Source: Patescibacteria group bacterium (GTDB lineage: Bacteria; Patescibacteriota; Patescibacteriia; GWA2-46-9). Taken from it: a stretch of DNA of 64,000 bases. This document shows, in pieces, positions 8,616 to 20,833 of this stretch (its first letter is position 1; each line of letters opens with the position of its first letter). The notes beneath the pieces are model-generated. The model worked only from the letters and a program-made list of their open reading frames with translations. It had not been told where the DNA came from and ran no database searches. The DNA lies in the NCBI GenBank assembly GCA_041675205.1, contig JBAYUF010000001.1:84863-148862 (forward strand). The letters are read 5' to 3'. The position numbers and the translations under genes are program-made.

Positions 8616-10478
8616 TTACACTTGGTTTATAACGGGCAGCACCATTGGTCGACGACGAGTGGCGGCATACAGCATCTGTCCGACTTCGTTGCGAATCTTC
8701 TCATTGAGGTAGGATTCAATCGCTGGATTATCTGGTGTTGTTGCCTGGACAATCTTTTTCACTTTGTCCCTCACTCGGCCAACCAGTTGGGGTTGATCTT
8801 TCATGAATATAAAACCTCGAGAAATGATGTCTGGTTCACCAATAAGCGCATTAGTTTTTCTGTCGATGGTAACTATGACAACAAACATTCCTTCTTCAGC
8901 CATGGCTTGTCGTTCGCGAAGAACAACGCTAGAAACGTCACCAACCCCTAGGCCGTCGACAAAGACGTAGTCTGCGGGGACATGTCGCTTTGTTAGCGTT
9001 CCGCCATTCTTTGTGAATTCGATAATCTGTCCATTGTTGGCGATGAAAACATTTTTTGGATCAACCCCAGTTTGCACCGCTAACTCGCCTTGGGTCACAA
9101 GGCGGAAGTGATTGCCGTGCTGTGGAATGACATATTTGGGCTTGAGGAGTCGGTGCAGTAACTTCAGGTCTTCCTGCTTGGCGTGTCCGCCAGAGTGAAT
9201 GTCCATCATGGCGTTGTTGTAGACCTTGGCCCCACGGCGAACGAGGGAGTCCTGTAGTCGCTCGACCGTGCGCTCGTTTCCTGGAATGACCGATGAAGAA
9301 AATATGATGGTGTCACCTTTTCGTAAGGATACAATGCGATGCTCGTCACGAGCGATTCGCATAAGTGCAGAATTTTGCTGTCCCATAGCACCCGTGCATA
9401 TCACAATGAGTTTATTGTCTGGATAGCGACTAAATTCATCCTCTTCAATGAGAACACCCTTTGGTACCTTGAAGTATTTCAGGCGCTGCGCAATTTCGAC
9501 ATAGTTGTGAATACTGCGGCCGAGGAGCAACACTTTTTTCCCTAGGACGTTCGCAATGTCGATAACTTGCTGATGTCGGGTGAGGAGTGACGCAAAAGCC
9601 CCGATAATGACCCGACCTTCGGCTTTTCCAATGAGCTCTGCTAGATTTTCTCCAACCTCTTTTTCTGATATTTGGTATCCAGGTGAACTTGCGTTTGTGC
9701 TGTCTGGCATGAGCGCGAGAATACCTCGGTGGCCAAGGTCAGCGAGACGAGCGATATCGGCCGGTCGTTCATCAACCGGTGTGTAGTCAAATTTAAAGTC
9801 ACCAGTGTGGGCGACGGTACCAACTGGTGTGTGAATAGCCACACCGAAAGCATCGGTAATGTTGTGGTTTACGTGGAACGGCTCAACGACGAAGTGTTTT
9901 CCAATCGGCAATTTCTTTGTTGAGTCTACTTTAATGAGCTTTAATTTTGAGGCGCGCGGGAATTCATCTTGGCGACGTTGAATTATGCCCAGCGTTAAGG
10001 GGGCAGAATAAATTGGTGGGTTGCCAATCTTTTGAATGAGATACGGTATGGCACCCATGTGGTCCATGTGCCCGTGCGTGATAATGACTGCGCGGATTCG
10101 TTTTTCTTTCCCCTTGAGGTAGTCAAGATTGGGGATTATGAAATCGATGCCAGGCATGTCTTCTTCTGGAAACTGAATCCCCATGTCGACGATAATAATA
10201 TCGTCAGCATATTCGAAGATGCAGCAATTTCGGCCGATCTCTTCAAGTCCACCAATGGGAATAATACGAAGTGTGCCACGGGCAACTTCAGACTCCACGG
10301 CTGGTGTTGTTGGCTTCGGTTGAGTAACGGAAACTGGTGTTGCGACGCGTTTTACGTTCGCGGGAGTGGCCGTTGTTTTATTGATAGACGGCTGCTTGTC
10401 ATTGGGTCGTTCGTTGCTGCGGAAGCGATGATGCCCCTGGCCACGTGGTGGCCGACTACTAAAGCGGGACTGTTCCAT
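8616..10478 (-). CDS. rnj: ribonuclease J (metallo-beta-lactamase/beta-CASP RNase) with a ~75-aa low-complexity basic/Pro-rich N-terminal extension
   Basis: HxHxDH motif ITHGHMDHMG and the beta-CASP region. 620 aa. Confidence 0.85.
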   Translation of the reverse strand: MEQSRFSSRPPRGQGHHRFRSNERPNDKQPSINKTTATPANVKRVATPVSVTQPKPTTPAVESEVARGTLRIIPIGGLEEIGRNCCIFEYADDIIIVDMGIQFPEEDMPGIDFIIPNLDYLKGKEKRIRAVIITHGHMDHMGAIPYLIQKIGNPPIYSAPLTLGIIQRRQDEFPRASKLKLIKVDSTKKLPIGKHFVVEPFHVNHNITDAFGVAIHTPVGTVAHTGDFKFDYTPVDERPADIARLADLGHRGILALMPDSTNASSPGYQISEKEVGENLAELIGKAEGRVIIGAFASLLTRHQQVIDIANVLGKKVLLLGRSIHNYVEIAQRLKYFKVPKGVLIEEDEFSRYPDNKLIVICTGAMGQQNSALMRIARDEHRIVSLRKGDTIIFSSSVIPGNERTVERLQDSLVRRGAKVYNNAMMDIHSGGHAKQEDLKLLHRLLKPKYVIPQHGNHFRLVTQGELAVQTGVDPKNVFIANNGQIIEFTKNGGTLTKRHVPADYVFVDGLGVGDVSSVVLRERQAMAEEGMFVVIVTIDRKTNALIGEPDIISRGFIFMKDQPQLVGRVRDKVKKIVQATTPDNPAIESYLNEKIRNEVGQMLYAATRRRPMVLPVINQV

Positions 10479-10607
10479 GTATTTTTGCTGCGGTCATACC
10501 AAAGATTTGGTAGAGCCGACGGTTGTGGTAACGGTGAATAAAAAAACTGCGTTAACTTTCTAGTAATTGTGGTTGTTGACGATTCAGTACTGCTGTAGTC
10601 AACACCA

Positions 10608-10694
10608 TGGTGCCCTGGGAGGGACTCGAACCCTCAATCTCTTGCGAGAACTAGCTCCTGAAGCTAGCGCGTATACCAATTCCACCACCAGGGC
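10608..10694 (-). tRNA. tRNA-Leu (anticodon CAG), long variable arm, CCA encoded
   Basis: Reverse complement has GCCCTGG/CCAGGGC acceptor, anticodon loop TTCAGGA and a long extra arm. Confidence 0.9.
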
Positions 10695-10918
10695 AAGTGA
10701 GCGGGGGTGTTTTGTCGATGGCATTGTTCGATACGGCTTCGTTCGACGAGTAGTGCTCGAATGAAGCTGCGTATATCTACCGTAAGGGTACAACGTACAA
10801 CGTAGTGCTAATCTTTTAAAGATGAGCAGTTTTGTTCTGCGTTCTACTGATTCATTTTATAGCGTAGCATCTAACGAGCTCTATTTGTACCACGACTTTT
10901 CAGTTATGTCAAGAAATA

Positions 10919-12658
10919 TTAACGAGAAAAAGCTCGTTTCGTTTCGATATACCACGTGTTCAGTGTTGTAAATCGATCAGCCGGTATGGCCAGTTTTGGA
11001 ATGCTAACGCCGTGTATCTCGTGACTGATAAGATATTGGCGGATGGGTGAGTATAAGAATATGGCCGGTGTCTCGTCGCTAATTATTTTTCGTAGCGCCG
11101 TGAACAGCTCCTCCCTTGCCGCAGTGTCTTCTGAGCGACGAATGCGATCAATGAGTGTGTCGGCATCAGCATTTTCAAAGAGTGACAAGTTGAGTCCGGG
11201 ATCGTTTTTTTGCGACGAATGCCAGAAGGGATAAGGGTCAACAGTGGCAGCGTAAACAATAGTGTAAAGGAGTGCGTCATACGCACGTGGTCTGAGCACT
11301 GTATCGCGGACGTGGTCGGCGGTTGCTGGGGCAATGATGTTGATTTTAACGTCTACGCCAATCGTTCTCCAAGATTGTTGAATGAACTGGGCAACGTCGC
11401 GATCAGGTTGGCGATCTATGGCGGTGAGCGTGACACTGAGCGGCGTGCCTTGGCGATCTGAACGAAGGGTGTCGTTTACTTTCCAACCCGCACTGTCGAG
11501 CAAAGCTGCTGCCTGTGTTCTCTCAACTGTGCCTGTATCCGCCGCTTGTTTCGTACCCATGACATTTGTTGGAAATGGACCACGACTAACGTTTGCCTCG
11601 CCAACGATAGTACTTAGCACCAGTGCTCGGCGGTCAATTGCTAAATTTAGTGCTTCACGTACTCGCCCGTCGGCCAGTGGCCCTTTTTGACTGGTATTAA
11701 AAAAAACAGCAGTTATCGCAGGTAGCTGCATATCATAGCGGTTGAAACCTCGGCTTGTTTTGGCCAAAAGTTCAGCGTCACTGTTCGCTATCATAGCCAG
11801 GCCGTCGACCGTACGACTTTGCAGGGCGTCGAGCGCTGAAGTTTCGTCTGGATAGAATTTAAACGTCAGTCGTTCGATGTAGCCAGATTGATTGGTATTT
11901 TCGGTCGGCACGAATGAATAACTTCGCGTTGTTCCGTCACTATCTTTTGCCAATGAAGAAAATTGCCATGGACCACTGCCGATGGGTCGACTGTTGAAAT
12001 CGGATTGACGTACTTGATCGGTCGGTATTTCTTCCCAAATATGTTTTGGAATTATGCCAACGGTGAGGATTTCTAAAAACGCGGGGTACGGTTCGGGGAG
12101 AGTAAATCGAATTGTTTTATCATCGACTCGCTCTACGACAACCCCTTGAAGTGTCTGTGCCAACGGACTGCGTAGCGCCGGGTCTGTAAGTCGTTCGAAT
12201 GTAAAGACCACGTCGTCAATGGTGACCGGTTCGCCATCATGCCAAATAGCTGTTTGCTTAATAGTGATGGTGTATGTTTTTTCATTGTCCATTGAAATCG
12301 TATCCGCTAAGTCTGGCACTGGCTTTAGGGCAGCGTTGTAACGGAAGAGCCCCGAGAAGAGTAGTCGGGTTAAATCGGTATCAATAGCAGATGTTTGGGC
12401 CAGCAAAGGGTTAAGGTACGTTGGTTGGCCAATCAATCCTTCGCGATAGGTTCCACCAGTTTGTGGTGCGAGCGCGAGGTGTGTATTAAGTTGATTAACA
12501 CTAATCCAAATGCTCGAGACAGTAATTAATGTTAGACAGGTCGCAATAATGCGCCGCTCTTTTTTTGAAAATAAAGTTGTCGAATATAATAATTGCTGGC
12601 TACTCGGTAGCCAGGTTTTCACTCGCTTAATAAAACGAAGAATGGCGCCGTCGTTCAT
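10919..12658 (-). CDS. ABC transporter substrate-binding protein, family 5 (Opp/Dpp-like), membrane-anchored
   Basis: 579 aa. N-terminal TM segment. The GLIGQPTYLNPLLAQTSAIDTDLTRLLFSGLFRY block is typical of SBP_bac_5. Confidence 0.7.
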   Translation of the reverse strand: MNDGAILRFIKRVKTWLPSSQQLLYSTTLFSKKERRIIATCLTLITVSSIWISVNQLNTHLALAPQTGGTYREGLIGQPTYLNPLLAQTSAIDTDLTRLLFSGLFRYNAALKPVPDLADTISMDNEKTYTITIKQTAIWHDGEPVTIDDVVFTFERLTDPALRSPLAQTLQGVVVERVDDKTIRFTLPEPYPAFLEILTVGIIPKHIWEEIPTDQVRQSDFNSRPIGSGPWQFSSLAKDSDGTTRSYSFVPTENTNQSGYIERLTFKFYPDETSALDALQSRTVDGLAMIANSDAELLAKTSRGFNRYDMQLPAITAVFFNTSQKGPLADGRVREALNLAIDRRALVLSTIVGEANVSRGPFPTNVMGTKQAADTGTVERTQAAALLDSAGWKVNDTLRSDRQGTPLSVTLTAIDRQPDRDVAQFIQQSWRTIGVDVKINIIAPATADHVRDTVLRPRAYDALLYTIVYAATVDPYPFWHSSQKNDPGLNLSLFENADADTLIDRIRRSEDTAAREELFTALRKIISDETPAIFLYSPIRQYLISHEIHGVSIPKLAIPADRFTTLNTWYIETKRAFSR

Positions 12659-12723
12659 GATTGAGATCGCTAGTAGTTCTCAGTGAGTAAGCTGGCATGC
12701 GCCAGCACATCACTCCAGCGTCA

Positions 12724-12960
12724 TTAAAGAAGAACGCGAGCTAATGATACAGCAGCGAAAAGTATGCCGAGCGTAACCGTTACCCGGAAGAGTGAACGCT
12801 CGATGCCACGCTTGGCATAGGAGATGCCACCACTGTTGCCACCAAACGCACCACCAACATCACTACCACGTCGTTGCAAGAGAACGACGATTACTAAAAG
12901 TACAGCCAATATAATTTGGGCGTACGGGAGAAAAGGAAGAATTAATTCTACGTTTGCCAT
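12724..12960 (-). CDS. secG: preprotein translocase subunit SecG
   Basis: 78 aa with two TM helices and a glycine-rich loop (GGAFGGNSGG). Confidence 0.8.
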   Translation of the reverse strand: MANVELILPFLPYAQIILAVLLVIVVLLQRRGSDVGGAFGGNSGGISYAKRGIERSLFRVTVTLGILFAAVSLARVLL

Positions 12961-13305
12961 AGCTGCGTATGATAATTGGTATAGGTAATAGAATGAAGAA
13001 GTAGCAAGAATAGGCGTATACTATATCAGGGAATCACTCAGGGGTCAAAACGTTGCTTGCGTATTTTTAAGAGTCCTCGGGTGCCGCTTCCGGTTACTTT
13101 CATGCGCGGTGACTGTTTCCGCTGACGAGTTTTTTGTTTTTTCTCGACAGACCGAACAGTCGGATGGTCGAGATCGTAATCATGCAGTGGTCGCTCAAGC
13201 ATAACAGTAGACAGTGTGCCAGTTTGGTGGTACAGTTGGCAACTGTTTCAGGTTCCGTTTGTTGCTACGAATTCTTTTAACCAAGCCTTTCACTTGGTGC
13301 GTCCT

Positions 13306-13989
13306 ATGGATCAGCATTCGCAAGCAGTACCGAAGCGGTGGCGGCATTGGTTGGCGCTCATCGTTATAGTTGGCGTTTTTATAGGAGCACTGTTGCTTCG
13401 ATTATTTGGTTCGGGCGATACCTTGCCGTCCAGGTCTGGATTTACCGTTGGAACTGTTCCGACCAACAGTACGGGCGCTGGGTCGCTAACTCGCTCAAGT
13501 AATCCCACCCTTGGACCAATTGATGCCCCCGTTCAAATAATTGAATTTTCAGATTTTGAGTGCCCGTTTTGTCAGCAGTCTTATTCCGCTATTCGAACGT
13601 TGGCGTTGCGCTACCCAGAAAAAGTGCGCGTCGTTTACCGACACTTCCCCGTGGCGTCTATTCATCCAAACGCGGTAGCTGTGGCTGAAGCCGCTCAGTG
13701 TGCTGCAGCGCAGGGAAAATTTTGGCCGTATCACGATCGATTATTTCAGAATCAATCCGCTATGACGAAAGTTCATCTCATACGGTATGCCAGTCAGGTG
13801 GGTTTGAGCGAACAGCAATTTTTAACCTGTATTGAAACAAGAGCGCAGCAGGTAGTAGTGGAAGAAGATTTGGCTGATGGCGTACGCCTTGGGGTGCGTG
13901 GTACCCCGACGTGGTTTATAAATGGTGAAAAAATAGAGGGTGCGCTGACGCTCGAAGGACTTACGGGCGTGGTTGAGCAGTTTAAGTAA
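13306..13989 (+). CDS. DsbA-family thiol:disulfide oxidoreductase, N-terminal TM anchor (copy 1)
   Basis: CPFC active site within FSDFECPFCQQ. C-terminal GTPTWFING cis-Pro region. The ORF-track start at 13216 is probably too early. Confidence 0.75.
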   Translation: MDQHSQAVPKRWRHWLALIVIVGVFIGALLLRLFGSGDTLPSRSGFTVGTVPTNSTGAGSLTRSSNPTLGPIDAPVQIIEFSDFECPFCQQSYSAIRTLALRYPEKVRVVYRHFPVASIHPNAVAVAEAAQCAAAQGKFWPYHDRLFQNQSAMTKVHLIRYASQVGLSEQQFLTCIETRAQQVVVEEDLADGVRLGVRGTPTWFINGEKIEGALTLEGLTGVVEQFK

Positions 13990-13991
13990 GT

Positions 13992-14990
13992 ATGAAGCGT
14001 TTTTTTCTAACAAGTAGTCTTTCTGTTGCCATGCTGATGCCGCAGCTGGTAAGGGCAATTGAATTTGTGCCATCAATATCAATTCCTGGAGTCGCTACAG
14101 CTGGCGAAAAAATTACCATTACGGGCAGTACTTTTGGTGAGTATATTGTCGGTCTATACAGTACGTCGCTGTCCGTTGGTGCGATTCTTTCCACGATTGT
14201 TTTACTCGTAGCTGGTTTTATATGGCTGACAGCGGCCGGGAATGTTGGTCAAATCGAAACAGCCAAAGATGTCGCCGGTGGAGCTGTGTCAGGTTTAGCC
14301 TTACTTTTATTGTCGTGGGTATTACTCAACACCATTAATCCTAATTTGGTTAATTTTAAAACCCTCGATATTGAATCAATTGTTGAACGGCCACTTTTTG
14401 ACTCACAAACAACATATTGTTGTTTGTGTGGAGAAACAAACCCAACATGTTCTGATCGTGTTACCCCATCAAAGGGTGAATGTCGCTGTACTGATACGAG
14501 CCTTTCAAAACTGTACGTATCAGAAAGTGAATGTGCTGCTCTTGGAGTCGGCTGTCAGTACATTGCGCAAACGGAAGCTGTACAGCGGCAAAATGCTCTT
14601 TCAATTTGTCAAAAAGAAAATCCGAGTAAAACGTGTCGATTACATACTTCTTCAGCAACGTGTTCAAATGTGGCGGAATGCCAAGCTGACTTAATAAGTA
14701 GTGGACGTTCGGGGCCATGTACATTAGAGAATAGCTGCGCATCTACATATGCATGTAACAAGGCGTGGGATTGTAGTACCGCAACCCCGAAACTAATTGG
14801 ACCAGATGAGATGGGCTGGGCTGGTATAAGGGGGTGTTGCAGACCAGCCGGTCGCGACGGTGATGCGTGTGGTGATGACGGATTAATAGATACTGCAAAT
14901 GATGATTGTGCTTCTGGCTACCATTGTGTAGCTCCGGATACTCACTATGGGCCAGCTTTTGAAGTCGGTGTCTGTCGTCCGAACACGTAA
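13992..14990 (+). CDS. secreted VirB2/TrbC-like two-helix pilin domain fused to a ~190-aa Cys-rich (~26 Cys) extracytoplasmic domain (copy 1)
   Basis: Sec signal peptide (…LVRA). Hydrophobic helix [15 protein letters not shown]. Short polar loop. Second helix [23 protein letters not shown]. Paralog at 48130-49191. Confidence 0.6.
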   Translation: MKRFFLTSSLSVAMLMPQLVRAIEFVPSISIPGVATAGEKITITGSTFGEYIVGLYSTSLSVGAILSTIVLLVAGFIWLTAAGNVGQIETAKDVAGGAVSGLALLLLSWVLLNTINPNLVNFKTLDIESIVERPLFDSQTTYCCLCGETNPTCSDRVTPSKGECRCTDTSLSKLYVSESECAALGVGCQYIAQTEAVQRQNALSICQKENPSKTCRLHTSSATCSNVAECQADLISSGRSGPCTLENSCASTYACNKAWDCSTATPKLIGPDEMGWAGIRGCCRPAGRDGDACGDDGLIDTANDDCASGYHCVAPDTHYGPAFEVGVCRPNT

Positions 14991-14995
14991 TAATT

Positions 14996-17794
14996 ATGCC
15001 AACTGAAATTGTTGTAAAGGGCGCCCGCGTCCACAATTTAAAGAACATTGACGTCACTATTCCTCGAGACAAGCTGGTGGTTATTACTGGTTTGTCTGGT
15101 TCAGGAAAGTCATCATTGGCGTTTGACACAATCTACGCTGAAGGTCAGCGACGGTACGTTGAATCTTTGTCGGCGTACGCCCGACAATTTTTGGGGCTCA
15201 TGGATAAGCCAGACGTTGACCAGATTGACGGATTGTCACCAGCAATCTCTATTGACCAAAAGTCAGTTTCCCGGAATCCGCGCTCTACTGTCGGCACTGT
15301 AACGGAGATCTATGATTATCTGCGTTTACTTTTTGCTCGCATCGGTCAACCACACTGTCCAAAGTGTGGCCGTGAAATTAGTCCGCAAACTGTGCCACAA
15401 ATTGTTGAACGTATTTTAAAACTGAAAACCGGCCTTTTCTTAATACTGGCCCCGCTGGTGCGTGACCAGAAAGGTGAACACAAACGACTGCTTGATGAGG
15501 TTGAGAAAGCGGGCTACGCCCGAGTTCGCTATGACAAGCTTCTTTATACAATTGCGGAAGCGCGCGAGTTAGCCATTGATAAACAAAAGAAACATAGTCT
15601 GGAAGTTGTTATTGATAGACTTGAGGTGCATGAATCGGTGAGTGCCGAGCTTAAAACAAGACTTCGTGAGGCGCTTGAGCAAGCGCTGGATCTCGGCAAC
15701 GGGCTCGTCATTATTCATGAAACCGTGAATGAAACAGACCACCTTTTCAGCCAGCATTTGGCCTGTGCGCACTGTGGTCTGGATATACCACAATTAGAGC
15801 CAAGGAACTTCTCATTCAATAGCCCGCATGGTGCCTGTCCGACGTGTACGGGCCTTGGAACGAAACAAGAGATTGATCCAACCCTGGTTATGCCTAATCA
15901 GCGGTTGTCGATTGCGGAAGGAGCGGTTCGTCCATGGTCGCGTTCAGCGGCCAGTCAGTATTGGCATATGACCAAGCTTGAGGATGTCGCTCGCCGGCGA
16001 AAATTTTCTCTTACCGTGCCAGTGAGCGAGATGCGACAGCAAGATATAGATTTGGCTTTGTACGGCGATCCAGAAAATGATTTCGAAGGCGTTATACCGT
16101 TTCTCGAGCGACGGTATCAAGAGACGGATTCTGACTATTTCCGAAATGAGATTGAGGCGTACATGCGCATTACCCCTTGCCCGGTTTGCCGCGGACAACG
16201 ACTGAAACCAGAAGCGTTGGCCGTAACGGTTGCGGGTCAGTCTATTGCGGAGATAACGGGGCTCACCATTAAAGCGGCTCAGGCGTTTTTTGTTACCTTA
16301 GCCGCCCCAAACAGTTCATTTACCAAAAAAGAAAAAGAGATTGGTCGGCAGATTTTTAGAGAAATAAGCGCCAGACTCACTTTTCTTGTTGATGTTGGGT
16401 TGCCGTATCTCACCCTGCATCGGTCAGCCACTACGCTTTCCGGTGGTGAAGCGCAACGTATTCGATTAGCCACTCAAATCGGTTCGTCTCTCGTTGGCGT
16501 TGTGTACATACTTGACGAGCCATCAATTGGTTTACATCAACGAGATAATGCGCGACTCATTACCACCCTCAAAGCACTTCGAGATATGGGTAACACGGTG
16601 CTCGTTGTCGAACATGACGAAGAGACGATGCGCGCGGCTGATCACCTCATTGATATTGGGCCGGGAGCTGGAAAGCATGGTGGTGAGCTCGTTGCCCAAG
16701 GTACACCAGCGGCCGTTGCCAAGAATCCTAAGTCGCTGACGGGTCAGTACTTGTCTGGGAAGAAACGTATTGCCGTTCCGAAACGGTATCGGACAGGGTC
16801 TGGGGCGGCCATTGAAATTATTGGTGCCACTGAGCACAACTTGAAGAATATTGATGTCACTATTCCACTCGCTAAGTTTGTGGTCGTTTCTGGTGTGTCG
16901 GGTTCAGGGAAATCAACATTGATTACCGATATTCTTTCTAAGACCCTTGCCCAGCGTTTTTACGGAGCGAAAGATTCACCTGGTTCGTATAAAGAAATGA
17001 AGGGGCTTGAGCTGTTAGACAAAGTCATTACCATCGACCAGTCGCCGATCGGTCGAACGCCGCGGTCAAACCCTGCTACATATGTTGGTTTGTTTACCCC
17101 CATTCGTGATTTATTTGCCAACCTGCCTGAATCAAAGATTCGGGGGTATCAACCTGGTCGATTTAGCTTCAATGTGAAGGGTGGGCGTTGCGAAGCCTGT
17201 CAGGGCGAAGGTCAGGTGGCGATTGAAATGCAGTTTCTGGCTGATGTCTACGTTGATTGTGACGAGTGTCACGGAACACGGTATAACGCGTCAGCATTAG
17301 AGATTCATTATCGAGGAAAACACATCGCTGAAATCTTGAATATGACCGTCGAAGAAGCGCGATTATTTTTTACCAATATCCCATCTATTCGCATTAAGCT
17401 TGATACGCTTTTTGATGTTGGGCTTGGCTACCTTCGACTTGGACAACCAGCCACAACGCTTTCCGGCGGAGAAGCGCAACGGGTTAAATTGGCAACGGAG
17501 TTATCTCGCCGTGCCACAGGGAAAACACTCTACATATTAGATGAGCCAACAACGGGATTGCACTTCGAAGATATCAAGCATCTGCTCGACGTGCTGCAGC
17601 GGCTGGTTGATAAAGGAAACACTGTGCTGGTGATTGAGCACAACCTGGACGTGATTAAGTGTGCCGACTGGGTTATTGACCTTGGTCCAGAAGGAGGGGA
17701 CCAGGGGGGTGAGATTGTGGCAATTGGTACGCCAAAAGACATTGTTAAGGTGAAGCGGAGTTATACCGGACAGTTTTTGAAAAGCCTTGTGTAA
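14996..17794 (+). CDS. uvrA: excinuclease ABC subunit A
   Basis: 932 aa. Two ABC ATPase modules ([22 protein letters not shown]), zinc-finger Cys clusters, LSGGEAQR signatures. Confidence 0.95.
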   Translation: MPTEIVVKGARVHNLKNIDVTIPRDKLVVITGLSGSGKSSLAFDTIYAEGQRRYVESLSAYARQFLGLMDKPDVDQIDGLSPAISIDQKSVSRNPRSTVGTVTEIYDYLRLLFARIGQPHCPKCGREISPQTVPQIVERILKLKTGLFLILAPLVRDQKGEHKRLLDEVEKAGYARVRYDKLLYTIAEARELAIDKQKKHSLEVVIDRLEVHESVSAELKTRLREALEQALDLGNGLVIIHETVNETDHLFSQHLACAHCGLDIPQLEPRNFSFNSPHGACPTCTGLGTKQEIDPTLVMPNQRLSIAEGAVRPWSRSAASQYWHMTKLEDVARRRKFSLTVPVSEMRQQDIDLALYGDPENDFEGVIPFLERRYQETDSDYFRNEIEAYMRITPCPVCRGQRLKPEALAVTVAGQSIAEITGLTIKAAQAFFVTLAAPNSSFTKKEKEIGRQIFREISARLTFLVDVGLPYLTLHRSATTLSGGEAQRIRLATQIGSSLVGVVYILDEPSIGLHQRDNARLITTLKALRDMGNTVLVVEHDEETMRAADHLIDIGPGAGKHGGELVAQGTPAAVAKNPKSLTGQYLSGKKRIAVPKRYRTGSGAAIEIIGATEHNLKNIDVTIPLAKFVVVSGVSGSGKSTLITDILSKTLAQRFYGAKDSPGSYKEMKGLELLDKVITIDQSPIGRTPRSNPATYVGLFTPIRDLFANLPESKIRGYQPGRFSFNVKGGRCEACQGEGQVAIEMQFLADVYVDCDECHGTRYNASALEIHYRGKHIAEILNMTVEEARLFFTNIPSIRIKLDTLFDVGLGYLRLGQPATTLSGGEAQRVKLATELSRRATGKTLYILDEPTTGLHFEDIKHLLDVLQRLVDKGNTVLVIEHNLDVIKCADWVIDLGPEGGDQGGEIVAIGTPKDIVKVKRSYTGQFLKSLV

Positions 17795-20231
17795 AGACTC
17801 TATGTCACAACCGTATAATCATCGGGCAATTGAAAAGAAGTGGCAGGAACAGTGGGACGAAAAGGCCACCTTTAAAGTTGTTGAAGAGAAAAACCGGAAG
17901 AAGAGTTACCTGCTCGTAGAATTTCCTTACCCTTCCGCAGAAGGGTTACACGTTGGGCACCCGCGAAGTTACACCGCGATGGATGTGCTGGCTCGTAAAC
18001 GACGGGCACAAGGTGAGTTAGTACTTTTTCCAATGGGATTTGACTCGTTTGGTTTGCCGGCAGAAAATTATGCCATTAAAACTGGGCAGCACCCGGCGGT
18101 TATTACAAAAAAGAACATTGAGAATTTTCGGCGGCAGTTAAAAAGTCTGGGGTACTCGTTTGATTGGTCTCGGGAAGTTATTACCTCCGACCCCTCGTAC
18201 TATCGCTGGACACAGTGGATTTTTTTAAAGCTGTATGAGCGTGGGTTAGCGTACAAAGCAAAAAAAGCTATCAATTGGTGTCCGTCCTGTAAAATTGGGT
18301 TGGCACACGAGGAAGTCATAAATGGCAAATGTGAACGGTGCGGCACTGAGGTTCTACAGCGGGAAAAAGAGCAGTGGATGTTAAAGATTACTGCATATGC
18401 TGATAGGCTACTCGACGATCTAGACACCGTTGATTACTCATCACGCATTAAGATACAACAACAAAATTGGATTGGTCGTAGCGTAGGCACCCAATTTAGT
18501 TTTCGGTTGCGAGGAGTTACTGGTCAGGAAGATGATAAGCATGAGGTTCGTGTATTTACGACTCGACTCGATACTTTGTATGGGGTCACGTTTATAGTCG
18601 TGTCTCCCGAGGTTGCATCATTTTGGATGGATATAGGCTGGCAAGCGAGGGACGAAGTGCGAGACTATGTTTCAAAGAGTTTGGCAAAGCGTGAATTGGA
18701 ACGAACAGAAGCAAAAGATAAAACAGGTGTTGACGCTGGCATTCGGGCGGTACACCCATTGACCGGAGAAGAACTGCCCGTGTGGGTGGCTGATTACGTC
18801 CTTGGTGCGTACGGCACAGGGGCTATTATGGCAGTACCGGCGCATGATGAACGAGACGCGGCGTTTGCTGAAAAATTTCATTTGCCAGTTCGTCGTGTGC
18901 TCGTTAGTGATGCGGCCGCAGGTTTATGGACAGGGGAGAGTGTATTGGAAAATTCAGATAAATTTACTGGCATGACCTCCGCGGATGCTCGCCGCGCCAT
19001 TGCCACAAAAATTGGCGCCGAAGAAAAAACACAATATAAACTGAGAGATTGGGTTTTTTCACGACAGCGGTACTGGGGTGAGCCTATTCCAATGATACTG
19101 TGCCAGGGTTGTGGTTGGGTAGCAGTGCCCGAAGCGCAGTTGCCAGTTGAGCTTCCGAATGTAGAGCGATATCAGCCAACTGACAGTGGTGAATCACCAC
19201 TGGCCGCTATTACCGATTGGGTTCAAACGATTTGCCCCACCTGCGGCGGCTCGGCAGAGCGTGAGACTGACACCATGCCGAACTGGGCGGGTAGTTCTTG
19301 GTACTTCTTACGATATGCAGATCCAAAAAATACTACCGAGCTTGCCGCACTGGATAAGCTGGCCTATTGGACTCCGGTTGATTGGTACAACGGGGGAATG
19401 GAACATACGACGTTACATCTTTTGTATTCTCGTTTTTGGCATAAGTTTCTTTATGACCTTGGGTTGGTACCAACAGCAGAACCGTATGCGAAGCGTACGT
19501 CGCACGGTATGATTTTGGCTGAAGACGGGCAGAAGATGTCGAAGTCGCGCGGTAACGTGGTTAACCCTGACGAAGTGGTAGATGCTTTCGGTGCGGATAC
19601 GTTGCGGGTGTACGAAATGTTCATGGGACCATTTGAAGATGCTATACCGTGGAGCACAAAAAGCATGGGCGGCGTTCGCCGTTTTCTAGAACGCGTATGG
19701 AAGTTTGGTCAACAATTGCAGGATAGGTCGGTTGGTAGTGGAGAAGCACAGACAACAATACTGCGTCATGAAACAGCGCAAGCAGTTAAAAAGGTGACTG
19801 ATGACATTGAACAATTTCGTTTCAATACTGCGCTCTCTGGAATCATGGAATTTTTGAATGCGTTCACAGAGCAGAAGACTAGCAGTCGAGATGAACTCAT
19901 AGAACCGTTTAAAACATTGCTGGTTCTTTTGCAACCGTTTGCCCCACATGTGACGGCAGAGCTTTGGCAACAAATCGGTTCCGCTGGGTTCATCTGGGAA
20001 GCGCCGTGGCCAACGTATGATGAAGCAGATTTAGTGACCGACGAAGTCACCGTCGCCGTGCAAGTGAATGGGAAATTGAGAGGTACGATTATTATTGGTC
20101 GAGAACTTGATGAGCAGGCACTTTTGACCGCGGCTATGGCGCATCCAAATGTTTCCGTATGGTTATCTGGTAAAGCCATACGAAAGACAATCGTGCGCCC
20201 AGGTGCACTGGTGAACTTCGTTCTTGAGTAA
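17787..20231 (+). CDS. leuS: leucine--tRNA ligase
   Basis: HVGHPRSYT (HIGH) and KMSKS motifs. 814 aa. Overlaps uvrA by 8 nt. Confidence 0.95.
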   Translation: MCKDSMSQPYNHRAIEKKWQEQWDEKATFKVVEEKNRKKSYLLVEFPYPSAEGLHVGHPRSYTAMDVLARKRRAQGELVLFPMGFDSFGLPAENYAIKTGQHPAVITKKNIENFRRQLKSLGYSFDWSREVITSDPSYYRWTQWIFLKLYERGLAYKAKKAINWCPSCKIGLAHEEVINGKCERCGTEVLQREKEQWMLKITAYADRLLDDLDTVDYSSRIKIQQQNWIGRSVGTQFSFRLRGVTGQEDDKHEVRVFTTRLDTLYGVTFIVVSPEVASFWMDIGWQARDEVRDYVSKSLAKRELERTEAKDKTGVDAGIRAVHPLTGEELPVWVADYVLGAYGTGAIMAVPAHDERDAAFAEKFHLPVRRVLVSDAAAGLWTGESVLENSDKFTGMTSADARRAIATKIGAEEKTQYKLRDWVFSRQRYWGEPIPMILCQGCGWVAVPEAQLPVELPNVERYQPTDSGESPLAAITDWVQTICPTCGGSAERETDTMPNWAGSSWYFLRYADPKNTTELAALDKLAYWTPVDWYNGGMEHTTLHLLYSRFWHKFLYDLGLVPTAEPYAKRTSHGMILAEDGQKMSKSRGNVVNPDEVVDAFGADTLRVYEMFMGPFEDAIPWSTKSMGGVRRFLERVWKFGQQLQDRSVGSGEAQTTILRHETAQAVKKVTDDIEQFRFNTALSGIMEFLNAFTEQKTSSRDELIEPFKTLLVLLQPFAPHVTAELWQQIGSAGFIWEAPWPTYDEADLVTDEVTVAVQVNGKLRGTIIIGRELDEQALLTAAMAHPNVSVWLSGKAIRKTIVRPGALVNFVLE

Positions 20232-20234
20232 GGT

Positions 20235-20831
20235 ATGGCGGTTGTTCAATTGAGCAGTATACAAGAATGTGTGCGAGCATTGCAGCAGGGTGGCCTTGTT
20301 GTTTACCCAACAGAAACAAGCTATGCGCTAGGGGCTGATCCTCGCAGTGCTAAAGGACTAAAGGCCATTTTCGAGGCAAAAAGTCGCTCAAAAAATATGC
20401 CTCTCTCACTCATCGCGTCTTCTGTTGCCTCGGCAGAACGCCTGGTTCGTTTTTCGTCGAAAGCAAAATTGTTGGCCGCACAGCATTGGCCGGGGCCACT
20501 GACGCTCGTCTTACCAGCAAAATCTTTATCTTTGGCTCGTCGATTGGGTAGCTTAGACGGCACCGTTGCCGTTCGTGTTTCTTCTTCTCCTGTTGCAATA
20601 GCACTCGCTCGGCGGATAGGTGGAGCAATCGTCGCGACGAGCGCGAACAAGAGCGGCGCGGGGGACAGTTATGATGCGCGTGCAATTGAAAAGTTCTTTG
20701 CCGCAGACGACGCACTTATTTTCTTTTTTTCGAGTGGTCGTTTACCGCGACGGTTGCCTTCGACCATAGGTCGAGTCGTCGGTGATGAAGTCACCGTGCT
20801 GCGCCAAGGATCCATTTCAATAAATTTTTAA
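20235..20831 (+). CDS. tsaC: L-threonylcarbamoyladenylate synthase (YrdC/Sua5 family)
   Basis: YPTETSYALG motif. 198 aa. Confidence 0.8.
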   Translation: MAVVQLSSIQECVRALQQGGLVVYPTETSYALGADPRSAKGLKAIFEAKSRSKNMPLSLIASSVASAERLVRFSSKAKLLAAQHWPGPLTLVLPAKSLSLARRLGSLDGTVAVRVSSSPVAIALARRIGGAIVATSANKSGAGDSYDARAIEKFFAADDALIFFFSSGRLPRRLPSTIGRVVGDEVTVLRQGSISINF

Positions 20832-20833
20832 TC

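Noticed and set aside
8586-8951. 121-aa plus-strand ORF
   Set aside because: It lies entirely antisense within the well-supported RNase J gene (8616-10478, minus). It has no SD and its composition is low-complexity, so it is a shadow ORF.
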